Source: Felis catus (lineage: Eukaryota). Taken from it: a DNA stretch of 64,000 bases. This document shows positions 40,459 to 52,954 of this stretch, in pieces. A program made the position numbers and the translations under genes. Positions within the stretch are counted from its first letter, which is position 1, and the number at the start of each line of letters is the position of its first letter. The notes below the pieces were generated by a model. That model searched no databases. It was given only the letters and a program-made list of their open reading frames with translations, and was not told the origin of the DNA. The stretch lies in contig NC_058368.1 of the NCBI RefSeq assembly GCF_018350175.1, forward strand, positions 207,640,001-207,704,000, given 5' to 3'.

Positions 40459-41314
40459 GTAAGAGCTTGCTTGCTGATGGGTAAAAAAAGAGTGATCTCT
40501 CTTTATGATTTTCACGCAAAAGGGGCACCACACCATTCTTGAAAACTTACCTGGTGGGAGAATTACTTAGTTATTGTTTCCTTAAAAAGTAACTACCTTC
40601 ATAACAGTAATTATCTTACCCAATATGCCTCCTTATCCCTGCACTAAAAATGTAATATGATAAAATATGGTGGCTTATGATTAGTGGGCACCCAGGAAAT
40701 TTTCTGTTGATTGAGTGAGTGAATAGTCATTGCTCAAACGCTTCTTGGCTCTCAAGATTTCATATTTGTTATTAACCTACTTATACTATGAGCTTGGACC
40801 ACACACGTAAGTATCCTTGAGGCAGGTATCACAATGGTATAAGGGACGTAAATGTCTCTGGATGAACCAGACCTGTCTCAGAATAAAGTTTCTATGAACT
40901 ACTCCCACTGCTGGTATCTAGACCTGACTTACATTTTTGCCTTTATTTCTAGCTTATGTACTTGTTGACTTCTGATACCCGCTATTTCCCATCCCTCTTT
41001 CCCCACCTAGAATTCTGACCTCTCTCTTTTCGGACCCCTGATTTCAAATTTCTACCACCATCACTAAGCTTGTAGGCTATCCTCTTTTGGCTACACCGTC
41101 TTTGATGACATGGCCCAACTGGCATGGGTCTGGTGTGTCAGCTATATTTAAGGTGACTGTATTACCGAACTATTCTTCACTATAAAAAAGACTCATGTCA
41201 AGGTTCTTTTAAACATTTAATTCCCCTGGAACATTTAATATACGGTTTCAGCTGTAAAAATTTTGATTTCTATATAACTCCCCAGTATATTTGTTGTATT
41301 AAAAGAAAGGTTCG

Positions 41315-41540
41315 GGGTGCCTGGGTGGCTCAGTCGGTTGAGCGTCTGACTTCGGCTCAGGTCATGATCTCGCGGTCCGTGAGTTCGAGCCCTGCGTCAG
41401 GCTCTGTGCTGACCGCTCAGAGCCTGGAGCCTGTTTCAGATTCTGTGTCTCCCTCTCTCTCTGACCCTCCCCCGTTCATGCTCTGTCTCTCTCTGTCTCA
41501 AAAGTAAATAAACATTAAAAAAAAATTAAAAAAAAAAAAG
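41315..41540 (+). mobile_element. Can-SINE (SINEC_Fc)
   Basis: TSD aaaggttc. Confidence 0.9.
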
Positions 41541-41947
41541 GTTCAACAGCATGGTGCAAGAAAAACATAAAGCAGCTTCGAGTCAAGTGGACAGATGTGG
41601 ATTCAAATTCCAGTTGTACATGTGAATTATGTGATTGTGGGCATATGATTAAACTTGTTTGAATCTCAGATTCTTACGTCTTTGAATCTCAGATTCTTAT
41701 TCTTAGAATAAATGGTATCTCTCCTGAAAATTTGTTGTGGAATTAAATAAAATAATGTACATAAGGCACTATATCTACCAAAGTTCTCATTAAATTTTGA
41801 AAAAGCCTACTATATATAAGTAAAATTAGGTATGAATAAATATGAATGTTAAGACATTTAACTCATACAGACGTATGGGTACCAATGTTCGTATTTTCCA
41901 AGTGGCAAATATGAAAAATTAATTTCTTAAAAAAAAGTCTTCATAAC

Positions 41948-42140
41948 AGGGGCACCTGCGTGGCTCAGTCAGTTAAGTGTCTGACTCTTGCTTTCAGGTC
42001 AGGTCATGATCTCACAGTTTGTGAGTTACAGCCCCACGTTGGACTCTGTGCTGACAGTGCAGAGCCTGCTTGGGATTCTTTCTGTCCTTCTCTCTCTGCT
42101 GCTCCCCCCCCCCAAAATAAATAAATAAACTTAAAAATTT
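41948..42140 (+). mobile_element. Can-SINE
   Basis: TSD ttcataaca. Confidence 0.9.
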
Positions 42141-42697
42141 TTTCATAACACATTTTTAGGAAGGTACTTTGTAATTTTGAAAGAGTTACGTGAAGTTTTT
42201 TCTTGCGTTTCCTTTGGAGAAATCAATTTTGCATTGTTTCACTCATTCACTCAAATAAAATTTCTTAGTAAGAAAAAATACAGTATGGAAATCATACCAC
42301 TAAAATATGAATTCAAAGGTTGTAAAGACTAGGACTTCACAAGCTATATTCCTTCCACAAAAATGTTAATACATGCTAAAATTAAAGAAATTAAATGTGA
42401 GAACTGTTACACAGCACCATATTTCATTAATTCTAAAGTATAAAATATTTCACATTTTAAAATTCTGAAATAATGCATCTTAACATCATTGGTGTAACAT
42501 AATTTAAATTAAGCTGTTTCTCAGTGATACGAAATTGATGATATGTCTCACAATTCATAGCATCATGAGTTCAATAAAATGAGGCAGAACTTCAAAAATC
42601 ACAATGCATATTTGCATATCGAAAGATCTAAGAAATTATGTTGGAAAGATACACATTTAGGATTAGGAGTTTAGGATTCATGTTCTAAACTAGATTA

Positions 42698-43163
42698 CAG
42701 TAGTTCGTCTTATCCAAGGGGATACATTTCCAGACCCCCAGTGGATGCCTGAAAACATGGATAGTACTGAACTCTATATATACTATGTTTTTTCCTACAC
42801 ACATATACCTATGATAAAGCTCAATTTATAAGTTAGGCACAGGAAGAAAGGAACAATAACTAACAATAAAATAGAACAATTGTAACACTCTCCTGTAGTG
42901 AAAGTTATCGAATGTGGTCCATCTGCTTCTCTCAAAATATCTTACTGTCCTCCACTCACCCTTCTTATGATGATGTGAGACAATAAAATTCCCACTTGAT
43001 GAGATGAAGTGAGGTGAATGACTTAGGCGTTATGACATAGCATTAGGCCACTACTGATCTTCTGACAATAGGCCAGAAGGGCAATCATCTGTTGCTAGAC
43101 CATGGTGCACCATGGGTGGCTGAAACCCCAGAAAATGTAACCACAGACAAGGGAGGAGTACTG
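42698..43163. mobile_element. MER44-like (Tigger7, TcMar) DNA transposon remnant
   Basis: TA|cagtagttcgtcttatc...gacaagggaggagtactg degenerate TIRs; internal ccagacccccagtggatgcctgaaa...ctatatatactatg. Confidence 0.8.
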
Positions 43164-43226
43164 CATTCTGCTGTCAAGAAACCACTATACTATCCAGGAT
43201 ATTAAGTTGAAAAACCTCACATAACA

Positions 43227-43460
43227 GGGGCGTCTGGGTGGCTGAGTCAGTTAAGTGTCCGACTCTTGATTTTTGGTCAGGTCACGATCTCACGAGTTCG
43301 TGGGATTGAACCCTGCTTTGAGCTCTGTGCTAACAGTGTGGAGCCTGCTTGGGATTTTCTCTGTCTGCCCTGCTCATGCTTGTACTCTCTCTCTCTCTCT
43401 CCCTCCCTCCCTCTCAAAAATAAATAGATAAACATTTTAAAAAGTAAAATAAATAAAAAG
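43227..43460 (+). mobile_element. Can-SINE
   Basis: TSD aaaac(c/t)tcacataaca. Confidence 0.9.
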
Positions 43461-43580
43461 TTAAAACTTCACATAACACTTGTTTGCTATTTTTTATTTA
43501 CAAAGCTATTTCTAGAATGTTATCTTGTTTATAGCAGGTCATGTCTACTCTAAGTTTATAGACAGACAACACCACGAGGT

Positions 43581-43600
43581 GAAAGAAGGAAAGAAAGAAA

Positions 43601-43652
<52 letters not shown>

Positions 43653-43677
43653 GAGAAAAAGAAAAAAAAAAAGAAAA
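43581..43677 (+). repeat. (GAAA)n purine microsatellite
   Basis: direct reading. Confidence 0.9.
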
Positions 43678-44166
43678 TGCTTTTCCCATAAGTGTAGCCC
43701 ACAACCACTCACCATCTTCCCTTCCCTTTGCTGTTTGAAGCCTGAAAATAACCATCAGAATAACTACACAATGCAAACATGAAAAAACCTCCATCTACCA
43801 AGCAGACCACCATCATATCCCATAAAAACCATGGCATCCAGTGTGTATTGTCTTACATAAATCGTATTCCATTATTAGTGGCTTCCTCTGCAAGCCTTTC
43901 ACAGATTTCTAAGGTCGACAGATGACTGCTACTCTCTCCTGGACCCCAAGCACATGCTTACCTGTTCTTTGCTGGTTCTGCCTCACCACTGTGATTTTCC
44001 CCTACCACGTCTTATAAGAACATCCGTTAGATGATATTCACCTTCAGTGTCTAATTCAAACCATAAATGTAAATAGGCTGGTCGGCAAGTTGCTTTCAAA
44101 ACTCCATTTCTAAAAGGTTTTCCGAAGAGTAAGGAAGCCTATTGTGATGTCCCCCCTTCTTTGCAG

Positions 44167-44326
44167 CTAACAGGCCCTATTCAAGTCATCCATCAAGCAA
44201 AAGCTTGCTGTGATGTCAAAGGAGGAAAGAATGAACTGAGCTTCAAGCAAGGAGAGCAAATTGAAATAATCCGCATCACAGACAACCCTGAAGGAAAATG
44301 GCTGGGCAGAACCGCCAGGGGGTCAT
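44167..44326 (+). CDS. FYB1: FYB1 coding exon (~exon 8), 160 nt, N-terminal hSH3 with vicinal Cys-Cys: LTGPIQVIHQAKACCDVKGGKNELSFKQGEQIEIIRITDNPEGKWLGRTARGS(Y)
   Basis: ctttgcag|CTAACA...TCAT|gtgagt; phase 0 to 1; lies inside ORF 44161..44643. Confidence 0.97.
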
Positions 44327-44805
44327 GTGAGTACAAATTTTCCTATGACATCTCCAAATGTTGTTGTTGTTTTCTTTTTTTAAGACGTTCTGTTAAGTTA
44401 GGAGTATTTTACAGGGTGGACAAAAATGGGAAGATTGAAAACGACATTGACGTATCTTCATTTCATCTGCATTGTCTTTTTACTGGGGAACAGTGTAAAT
44501 ATTTGTTTTATTCCAGGGAGAAACAAAGGGCATTGGGTTCCTCACTGATGTTAAAAGGTGAAAAAATGAGTCCTGTGAGTCACTGTGGAATCTTTAAAAT
44601 AGACTCTAGGCTTATCCCAAACCACAACAGCATAAGACTTTGACGAAGTCCAGTCAAACGTGTCTGTGTCGGAAGTCTATAAATCAGGAGTGCAAGCAAA
44701 GAAATGAAGGGAAAGATGTGCAGATGTGCAATTGATATTCTGTCTACAACTCTGAGATATTGAAACTACAGTTGCCCGACAATAAATCCTTCTTCCTCTC
44801 GGTAG

Positions 44806-44950
44806 ACGGCTATATTAAAACAACTGCCGTGGAGATCGACTACGACTCCCTGAGGCTGAAGAAAAGTTCTCTCGGTGCTCTTTCATCAAGACCGATTGGA
44901 GATGACCAGGAGGTATATGATGACGTCGCAGAGCAGGATGATATTAGCAG
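44806..44950 (+). CDS. FYB1: FYB1 coding exon (~exon 9), 145 nt: (Y)GYIKTTAVEIDYDSLRLKKSSLGALSSRPIGDDQEVYDDVAEQDDIS(S); carries YDSL and the first YDDV
   Basis: cctctcggtag|ACGGC...AGCAG|gtatgg; phase 1 to 2. Confidence 0.96.
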
Positions 44951-45125
44951 GTATGGACAAATACAAATTGTAAAACACATCAGACTGCTGGCTCGTCAGA
45001 TGATGTATTTTAAGATCCTAAAATTTTACCTTCCGCGTCTCTTACTGCTTGCTATCCCTGAATACCCTTTTACAGCTACAGGTATTCCAATAGGGGTGAA
45101 AGGTCATTTAAAACTCTGTAGTCTT

Positions 45126-45335
45126 GGGGCGCCTGACTCAGTCGGTTGAGCGACCGACTTCGGCTCAGGTCATGATCTCATGGTTTGTGAGTTCAAGCCC
45201 CGCGTTGGGCTCTGTGCTGACAGCTCAGAGTCTGGAGCCTGCTTCCAATCCTGTGTCTCCCTCTCTCTCTGTCCCTCCCCTGCTCATGCTCTGTCTCTGT
45301 CTCAGAAATAAATAAATATTAAAAAAAAATTTAAA
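45126..45335 (+). mobile_element. Can-SINE
   Basis: TSD tttaaaactctgtagtctt. Confidence 0.9.
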
Positions 45336-45654
45336 ACTCTGTAGTCTTTTACTTTACTCTTTGGTTGTATGTATCAAATACTACTTAAAAAAGAATAGTC
45401 CATTTGCCAGGTCTTGCCAAATGTGTTAGCATTCCAAAATGCTGTTTAATAATAATCATTCTGATTTGATCTTAGGGCTATGCCTAAAGTAAATATGATT
45501 TCATAAAAACATGAAGCATGAGATATAAAATTCAGTTCTAAAAATATAAAAATTTTTGCTCTGAAATCTCTGAGTCTAAATGTATTTGTTGTTCTTATTT
45601 GAAAACATAACAGAAAAAAGAATGAATTTTAATACAGCTCTACTTTGCTCTTTA

Positions 45655-45879
45655 TTTTTAAAAAAACGTTTTTTGCATTTATTTATTTTTGAGAGACAGA
45701 GAGAGACAGCATGAGCAGGGGAGGGGCAGAGAGAGAGAGGGAGACACAGAATCAGAAGCAGGCTCCAGGTCTGAGCTGTCAGCACAGAGCCCCAGTGCGG
45801 GGCACAAACCCACGAACCGTAAGATCGTGACCTGAGCCGAAGTCAGACGCTTAACCGACTAAGCCACCCGGGCACCCCC
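45655..45879 (-). mobile_element. Can-SINE
   Basis: TSD ctactttgctcttta (45640-45654 / 45880-45894). Confidence 0.9.
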
Positions 45880-45909
45880 CTACTTTGCTCTTTAAAAGTA
45901 AAAAAGTAA

Positions 45910-46073
45910 GGGGTGCCTGGGTGGCTTAGTGGGTTGAGTGGCCAACTTCGACTCAGGTCATAATCTCATGGTTCCTGACTTTGAGCCCCACGACGGGCTC
46001 TGTGCTGACAGCTCGGAGCCTGGAGCCTGCTTCGGATTCTGTGTCTCCCCTTCTCTCTGCCCGTCCCCTGCTT

Positions 46074-46119
<46 letters not shown>

Positions 46120-46160
46120 AAAAAAATATAAATACATAAACATTTAAAAAATTTTTTTCC
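45910..46160 (+). mobile_element. Can-SINE with (CT)n expansion
   Basis: ggggtgcctgggtggc head. Confidence 0.9.
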
Positions 46161-46162
46161 AA

Positions 46163-46378
46163 CTTTTTATTTTTTTTTATTTTTTTTTTATTTTTGGGAC
46201 AGAGAGACAGAGCATGAACGGGGGAGGGGCAGAGAGAGAGGGAGACACAGAATCGGAAACAGGCTCCAGGCTCCGAGCCATCAGCCCAGAGCCTGACGCG
46301 GGGCTCGAACTCACGGACCGTGAGATAGTGACCTGGCTGAAGTTGGACACTTAACCGACTGCGCCACCCAGGCGCCCC
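46163..46378 (-). mobile_element. Young feline SINE inserted in the tail of the preceding SINE
   Basis: near-identical to the copy at 26253-26477. Confidence 0.93.
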
Positions 46379-47774
46379 TAAAAAAGAAATTTTAAACATA
46401 AAAAGCAAAAGCTCAATTCTCTGTGATCCCTGTGAATCAGCAAAGTGTCCAATTTATTTTTCCTGGACCATTCATTCCAGTAGATTGGAATGGCCTTCCC
46501 TGTAGGAATTATGGGAATGTCTTCCTGGGGCAGAGGAACACAACAAGACATCCTTACTGGGGGAGGCAGGAGGGGAGATTGGCTATCTCCCATGCACTTT
46601 TTCTTCCCGTCTTTTCCCTTCTCAGTTCCTCAACTGCCTTTCTCCATCCCTCCTTCTCTGGCTCCTTTTCCCAGCTCTGGTCTTCCCTGTCCCTTCTTCT
46701 TCTTTTTGCTTTTCCATTTTCCTTCTTTCATTCCTTCCTCCCTCCAATATCTCCCTTTTCTTGGTAAATCCATAACCCCTTCAAGCTGAAGGTAAAGGAA
46801 GATGAAAATCTCCAGCCCACTTAAGAATCCTTGTTTTCTGTGCCCATTTTGTAGAATTGGGAAACATCCACTGTGATCTCAAAACACACAATCTGGGCTA
46901 GCTCTTCACTTGGGTAAAAATGGGTCTGCATTCTTCATAACTCAAAGTTCAAAAAAAAAGTTTCAATTATCAAACATTTTAAAATGTGAAATGATCAAAA
47001 TAGTAATATACTTATGAAATGTAGGAAGAATTCCATTTCCTTCCTGTAGTTGTTCACTTCATGTCATCAGTTAAATTTGTCATGTTGCTTTCTGGCAGTT
47101 TTGTCTTTCTAAATAGACCTGCAATGTCTTCTCCTCCTGTTTTGATATATGTTGCACAATTTGTGGTACATTTAATAAATACTCCATAAATTATGCAACA
47201 CATATCAAAACATGCCACGTGTGCCCTGGAGTTTACAGATCATAAATTGGCTCTAGTAATCAGAAACACTCTGACCTAGTGTAGGGGTTTGTAAATGCCA
47301 GTTTTGAGGTCAAAGTTTTAAAAGGCCATATTCTGAGACATACAAAATTTCCTGTACATGCATATGTCATTCCGTGTCTGTTATCAATGTATATACTTTA
47401 GCTTTATTTATTTAAAAAAAATTCTCTTATTTTGAGAGTAAAGAACCCCAGTAATATTAATAAATACATATTTATGATATACAAACTCAAGAAAAAATAA
47501 TAAATCCGTGAAAAGGGGTGATGTTCTTAAAATGAAATATTATTTAACCGTAAGTGGCAACTATTTCCCCTAATTAATACTATTACTTTTTCCATTGTAT
47601 CGAGTCCATACAGACAGCAACTCTTAAACATGCTCTGATTAGTAAGCATGCAGCAGAAAAAGAATCTTCCATTTAATGAAATGGAGCTGGAGGAGGTGCA
47701 TGGTTTTAATGTTCAATATCTTAAACAAATATAGCCCCAGAGTATATACTAGCATCTTGCAGCCGGTATGCATA

Positions 47775-47993
47775 TTTTTTTAATTTTTTAACGTTTATTC
47801 ATTTTTGAAAGACAGAGAGAGATAGGGCATGAGCGGGGAAGGGGCAGAGAGAGGGAGACACAGAATCTGAAACAGGCTCCAAGCTCTGAGCTCTCAGCAC
47901 AGAGCCTGATGCGGGGCTCGAACTCACGGACCGTGAGATCACGACCTGAGCTGAAGTCGGATGTTTAACTGACTGACCCACCCAGGCGCCCCC
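47775..47993 (-). mobile_element. Can-SINE
   Basis: TSD gtatgcatattt. Confidence 0.9.
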
Positions 47994-48389
47994 CCGTATG
48001 CATATTTAATAAGAAAGCGAAAGAAGAGAAAATGAAAACACAAGTGTTTTTTTTTTCTTTTTTTGAAGCTACAGCTGTTGCCTGTGAGATCTCACAACAG
48101 AACAGGCTTTGTCCTCAGTAGAACAAGGAAAGATGCTGAGGACAGCCAGGAGCTGCCCCGGCTAGAGTTGGAGTAAAGCACCTTCCCCTTTCCCCTTCTC
48201 CAGAAGCTCCCTTTGTCCCCGCACCCTGCTCTCCCCTATTCCTCCAGAGAAGGGGGAACTGACTTCGAACTTTAGACTCTGTGAGCAGACAAGAGGCTTA
48301 GAAACACAGGTCCCAACCGCTGTCTTTCTCCTTTTTTTCTCAACTAAAGCAATTTCTGTAATAACTAACGAGGCCTTGAAGAAAAGGAA

Positions 48390-48393
<4 letters not shown>

Positions 48394-48428
<35 letters not shown>
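48394..48428 (+). repeat. (CA)n microsatellite
   Basis: direct reading. Confidence 0.95.
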
Positions 48429-48432
<4 letters not shown>

Positions 48433-49016
48433 TTCCCCATCACGTGACAAACTTGCTTCTCTGCCTGCTCCCCAACCTTTTTCCTTACATTTCTCCTTCC
48501 CTTGTTTTCTTCCCTTTTTTCTCACCCTCTCCTCTCCTTACCTCCACTTCAGCTGGTGAGTGCTTTGAATTCCAAACAGACAAGTCTAGGAAATTGAAGA
48601 ATTGCTCTAAAAAGAAAATGATGTGTGGCAGCTTTGCTCCTGATTATTAAAACCCTGTTCTTTGGGGATTGGTATGAGATTGGTATTCATTGTCCAGGAT
48701 GAATTCTATTTGCCAGGAGTGGCAGCCAACCAAAACTGCAAGTTTTCGCATAATCCTGACTGCTTGCTTCATGCTCAAAGGGAAATGTCAGACAAAATGA
48801 ATGCGAAAACAGTATGTAAGCAAGTGGAGAATATACTTAAACTTCATTAAAAATCAACTCCTTATTTATATATTAGGACATTTATAGTGTGCTTTGCTAC
48901 AGAGTTCCATTAGTAAGGATAGGTTTTATTTCTAAATTAACCCATAGATCTGTGTCAGGCCAATTTCCTTTACTCTGACCTTAAGATTGAAGAATCAGAT
49001 ATGAGTGTATAATTAA

Positions 49017-49229
49017 ATTTTTTTTTCAACGTTTATTTATTTTTGGGACAGAGAGAGACAGAGCATGAACGGGGGAGGGGCAGAGAGAGAGGGAGACACA
49101 GAATTGGAAACAGGCTCCAGGCTCTGAGCCATCAGCCCAGAGCCTGACGCGGGGCTCGAACTCATGGACTGCGAGATCGTGACCTGGCTGAAGTCGGACG
49201 CTTAACTGACTGCGCCACCCAGGCGCCCC
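49017..49229 (-). mobile_element. Young feline SINE (SINEC_Fc)
   Basis: 16-bp TSD atgagtgtataattaa (49001-49016 / 49230-49245). Confidence 0.95.
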
Positions 49230-49584
49230 ATGAGTGTATAATTAATAATGTATGGTTGTAATATCAGACTGATACCTGTTGGAGGCAGATTATCCAAAGG
49301 TTGAAAATGGTGCTTACAGGGAGTGCAGTGAGGTATAGACAAAACAACACTATACAGGAAGGCAGGGCACCAAGGTTCCTATCTCAGCTCTTCAGTTCAT
49401 TAGAAGTGAGTTTGGTCAAGTCATTCCATTTCTCATTTCCTTTCTGCAAAACAAGGGGATTAAACCAGGCTTCTGAGATTTTTCCAGTTCTCACAATCTA
49501 CTCTTCCTTTGCTGTAGCGCAGCTCACATTTTAGTGGGAGACTGAGGCAAGAAAATAGATGATTATAAAATAGGCAAAATATAG

Positions 49585-49800
49585 ACGTGCCTGGGTTATT
49601 CCCTCGGTTTATTGTCCAACTCTGGCTCAGGTCATGATCTCACAGTTTGTGAGTTTGAGCCCCACGTTGGGCTCTGTGCTGACAGCTCAGAGCTTGGAGC
49701 CTGCTTCGGATTCTGTGTCTCCCTCTCTCTCTGCTCCTCCCCCCCCCCATTCTGTTTCTCTCCCTCACTCAAAAATAAATAAACATCAAAAAAATTTTAA
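49585..49800 (+). mobile_element. Can-SINE
   Basis: diverged head, consensus body. Confidence 0.85.
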
Positions 49801-50027
49801 TGGGGAAAATATAGAATGTTCTAGAAATAAAAAGTACAGGCAATCTGAATTTAGAAAATCAGGGGCCACATTATATGTAATAATAAGAATAATATTTCAT
49901 GAGTAAGATTTCCATTTTTAAAAAAATTCTCCCTTTAAAAAAGAATATAATGCTACTGGGCTAAGAGTTAAATGCTCTGGCGATAACATATTAAAAGAAA
50001 ATTGAATTGAATGCAATAATGGTTCCT

Positions 50028-50238
50028 GGTGCCTGAGTGGCTCAGTCAGTTAAGTATCTGATTCTTGATTTCGGCTCAGGTCATGATCTCACAGTTTGTG
50101 AGGGGAGTTTGAACCCCACATCCGGCTCTGCACTGATAGCATGAAGCCTGCTTGGGATTCTCTCTCCCTCTCTCTGTCCCTCCTCCATGCTGTTTCTCTC
50201 TTTTTCAAAATAAGTAAAATATAAAAAGCATTAAAAAA
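50028..50238 (+). mobile_element. Can-SINE
   Basis: consensus head, body and tail. Confidence 0.85.
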
Positions 50239-50621
50239 CTAATGGGTTTGTATGATTCCTGGAATAATACTGTTGGTTGGTTGGTTGTTTTTCATAAATC
50301 TATCCATGTATGGAATGGTGTAATAATGTATAAGCTAAAAACTACCTCATGGGAAATGTTAGAAGCAAACATTAACATTGTTTTGAAAACTTTATGTAGT
50401 ACTACTCATCTGATCCTTATTAGGTTTGTTTTGTTTTGTTTTTGCCTTGTTACTACTCATCTATTGTGATGAGGAACAATGTCTCTTCCTCTTCACATAA
50501 AACATTCTGGTAACTTTTAACTGCAATGTTATTTCTCTCGTATAACTGTTCAATACATGTACTTCTCTTCCCAATAGCTACATAATTCATATGCTAATTT
50601 AATTTATTTTTTTTTTCCTAG

Positions 50622-50644
50622 CCACAGTCAGAGTGGAAGTGGAG
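50622..50644 (+). CDS. FYB1: FYB1 microexon (~exon 10), 23 nt: (S)HSQSGSG(G)
   Basis: ttttttcctag|CCACAGTCAGAGTGGAAGTGGAG|gtaagc; phase 2 to 1. Confidence 0.93.
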
Positions 50645-51660
50645 GTAAGCCACAAACTTTTATCAGCAGTTTCTTCGAGTCATCACTACAAGATGCTTTT
50701 GTCTGCAAATAATGAAGAAGATCTTTAAGTGGTAGAGAGACCACTGGACTGGAAGCCAATGACCTGGATTCCAGTCCTGGTCACTGAGTGACCCTAACGA
50801 AGTCACTTCTCTCTTCCAAGTTTGTTATGGGTCATGGGGTGACTCCATTTCCAGCGTGCCCAGGGCAATCTTAATTTATGCCAGTTGTCTTAGCACAGTT
50901 ATTAATAGTGCCTCCCTTCACTTTCAGAAGTATCCTTATTTGGATGATAATGTATAAAGACTCCTCATTTGCTCATCACCAAAATAAAGATATTTTACTA
51001 ATACCTTTAGCACTAATTCACAGTGCTAAAATACTCATCCTAAAAGTCAGATTTCAAGTTCTTTGTACATATTTCTGCATTGAGGAGGTATTCAATAAAC
51101 ACTTGTTAAATAAATATTTGTCAAACAGCAAGTTTCCTAAGGGTTTACAACAAAGGGTTTAACCCTTAAAATATCACTTTGATTAAATGAAGCAGAGCTA
51201 CTACCAATATTCCCAAATTCACCTTTCATTCTATTTGTTTTCCCTCACTTATATCTTGATCAGTATATTTTCCTGAATGTCTCCTCACTATTAATTAAAA
51301 TTTTCTTACCGCCTCCTCTGTCCTCTTTTCCACAGTATTTAACTCTACACTCTATTCAATTTTATTTTTTTTCTCATATTTATTCTTCCCCATCCCTTTT
51401 ATCTCCAAAGCTCGGCACTCTTTCTACATTTACTAAATTTCATCTCTAAGAATTCCTTTAAAAATATTCAACAAAAAAATTCATTTACCTACTATCTATG
51501 TGAGAATAGGAACATAAAGTTATTTTTTAGTTACGTGGTTATTAAGAAACTTTTTCTGCAGTTAAATAAGGCGGATTTACTATCAAATTTGAGTGACTAT
51601 TACCTGACAAAATTATAAAATTAACAGAAGATTCTCTCCCCTTGGCCAATCCACATGAAG

Positions 51661-51727
51661 GGATGTTCCCACCTCCCCCAGATGATGATATTTACGATGG
51701 GATCGAAGAGGAAGATACTGATGATGG
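51661..51727 (+). CDS. FYB1: FYB1 coding exon (~exon 11), 67 nt: (G)MFPPPPDDDIYDGIEEEDTDD(G); EVH1-binding FPPPP and Fyn-SH2-type YDGI
   Basis: ccacatgaag|GGATG...GATGG|gtaaga; phase 1 to 2; the AAG acceptor is weak, so the 5' boundary rests on homology. Confidence 0.9.
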
Positions 51728-52510
51728 GTAAGAATAATCAGTGAATTGCTTCCTTGTAAATTTTTGGATACACTGAAATTTAATGTTGATTTCTGGTTAG
51801 AATAAAAAGCAAAATATAGTGTTCCTTATTATAACACCAAAAATTATTTGAATGTCTAATTAATAGCAGTCCTAAGTCAGAAAGTATAATTGCACAACAC
51901 TTCAGATGAAGTGGTATATTGTTTGAAAGAACCCCAACAAAAAAAGAGAAATGAAAAAGGAATAAAGAATTACCAATGCTGTAGATTCTTTTTCAAACTT
52001 TTCCCAATCATTTATTTATCAATCAGTAATCTCTGGAGAGCTTATCTGATGCATGGCTATCCTCCATATAATGATCAGAGTTACAGGCAATCCAAATACA
52101 CTGAGACCATCTGCTATCTGTGGCAAAACCAGCATAAGACTTAATTCTGTACTTGCTTAAACTTTTATAATGGCATATTTTAAATTTTAAGATCTGTTAA
52201 TTACTTAATTTTAAACATAACATAAAGCAAAATTGATGTCTAAAACTTAATTTTGACTTAGCTTTCTATTTTAAAACCAAAAGAAATTTCACTAAATAGA
52301 AAAAAAGTAACTTACCTACTACTTAACCTAGCAGCAGCAGTATTCAAAGACTGAGGCCTATAAACCTGAAAGCATCATCTTGTTGATTACAATGAGTAAC
52401 TTACTGCCTGAATGATCAATGCAGTATAGTTATAAAAATCTGAATGTCCACGCAATGTCTTCGTGTTCCGCTGATTATTCCATTCTGATCAATGCCTGCA
52501 TGCTCCTAAG

Positions 52511-52648
52511 CTCCACACTACAGGTTGAAGAGAAGAGTAATTCGTGGTCCTGGGGGATTTTGAAGATGTTAAAGGGAAAAGATGACAAAAAGAAAAGTAT
52601 ACGAGAGAAACCTAAAGTCTCTGAGTCAGACAATAATGAAGGTTCATC
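52511..52648 (+). CDS. FYB1: FYB1 alternative cassette exon (~exon 12), 138 nt, the 46-aa insert of ADAP-130: (G)STLQVEEKSNSWSWGILKMLKGKDDKKKSIREKPKVSESDNNEGS(S)
   Basis: ctcctaag|CTCCAC...TCATC|gtaaga; symmetric phase 2-2; length equals the known 46-aa difference between the 120 and 130 kDa isoforms. Confidence 0.95.
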
Positions 52649-52915
52649 GTAAGAGTCAACCAACCAAATCCAGTGCACAATAACTACACTAATATTAATT
52701 TAATCAAATGCTACTAATATTTTATAACCAATAACCAAATTCTGACAGGCTTAAGTCATTTCAATGTTATTTTCCATTAGTCATCTGAGCCTTATTTACT
52801 GTGTCACCCTTACACTCAGACATTTACAGAAGAGCACAAAGTCTTCAAAAATTGTCATATGGTTCAAAGATATATTTTGCTTTCCCTACAAACATGCACA
52901 GATAATACACACAAA

Positions 52916-52920
<5 letters not shown>

Positions 52921-52954
<34 letters not shown>

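Noticed and set aside
43498..43794. Lys/Glu/Arg-rich ORF resembling the FYB1 charged helix
   Set aside because: Translation of the (GAAA)n microsatellite.
44327..44643. C-terminal extension of ORF 44161..44643 beyond the exon
   Set aside because: Read-through past the GT donor at 44327. ADAP homology stops there and resumes at 44806.
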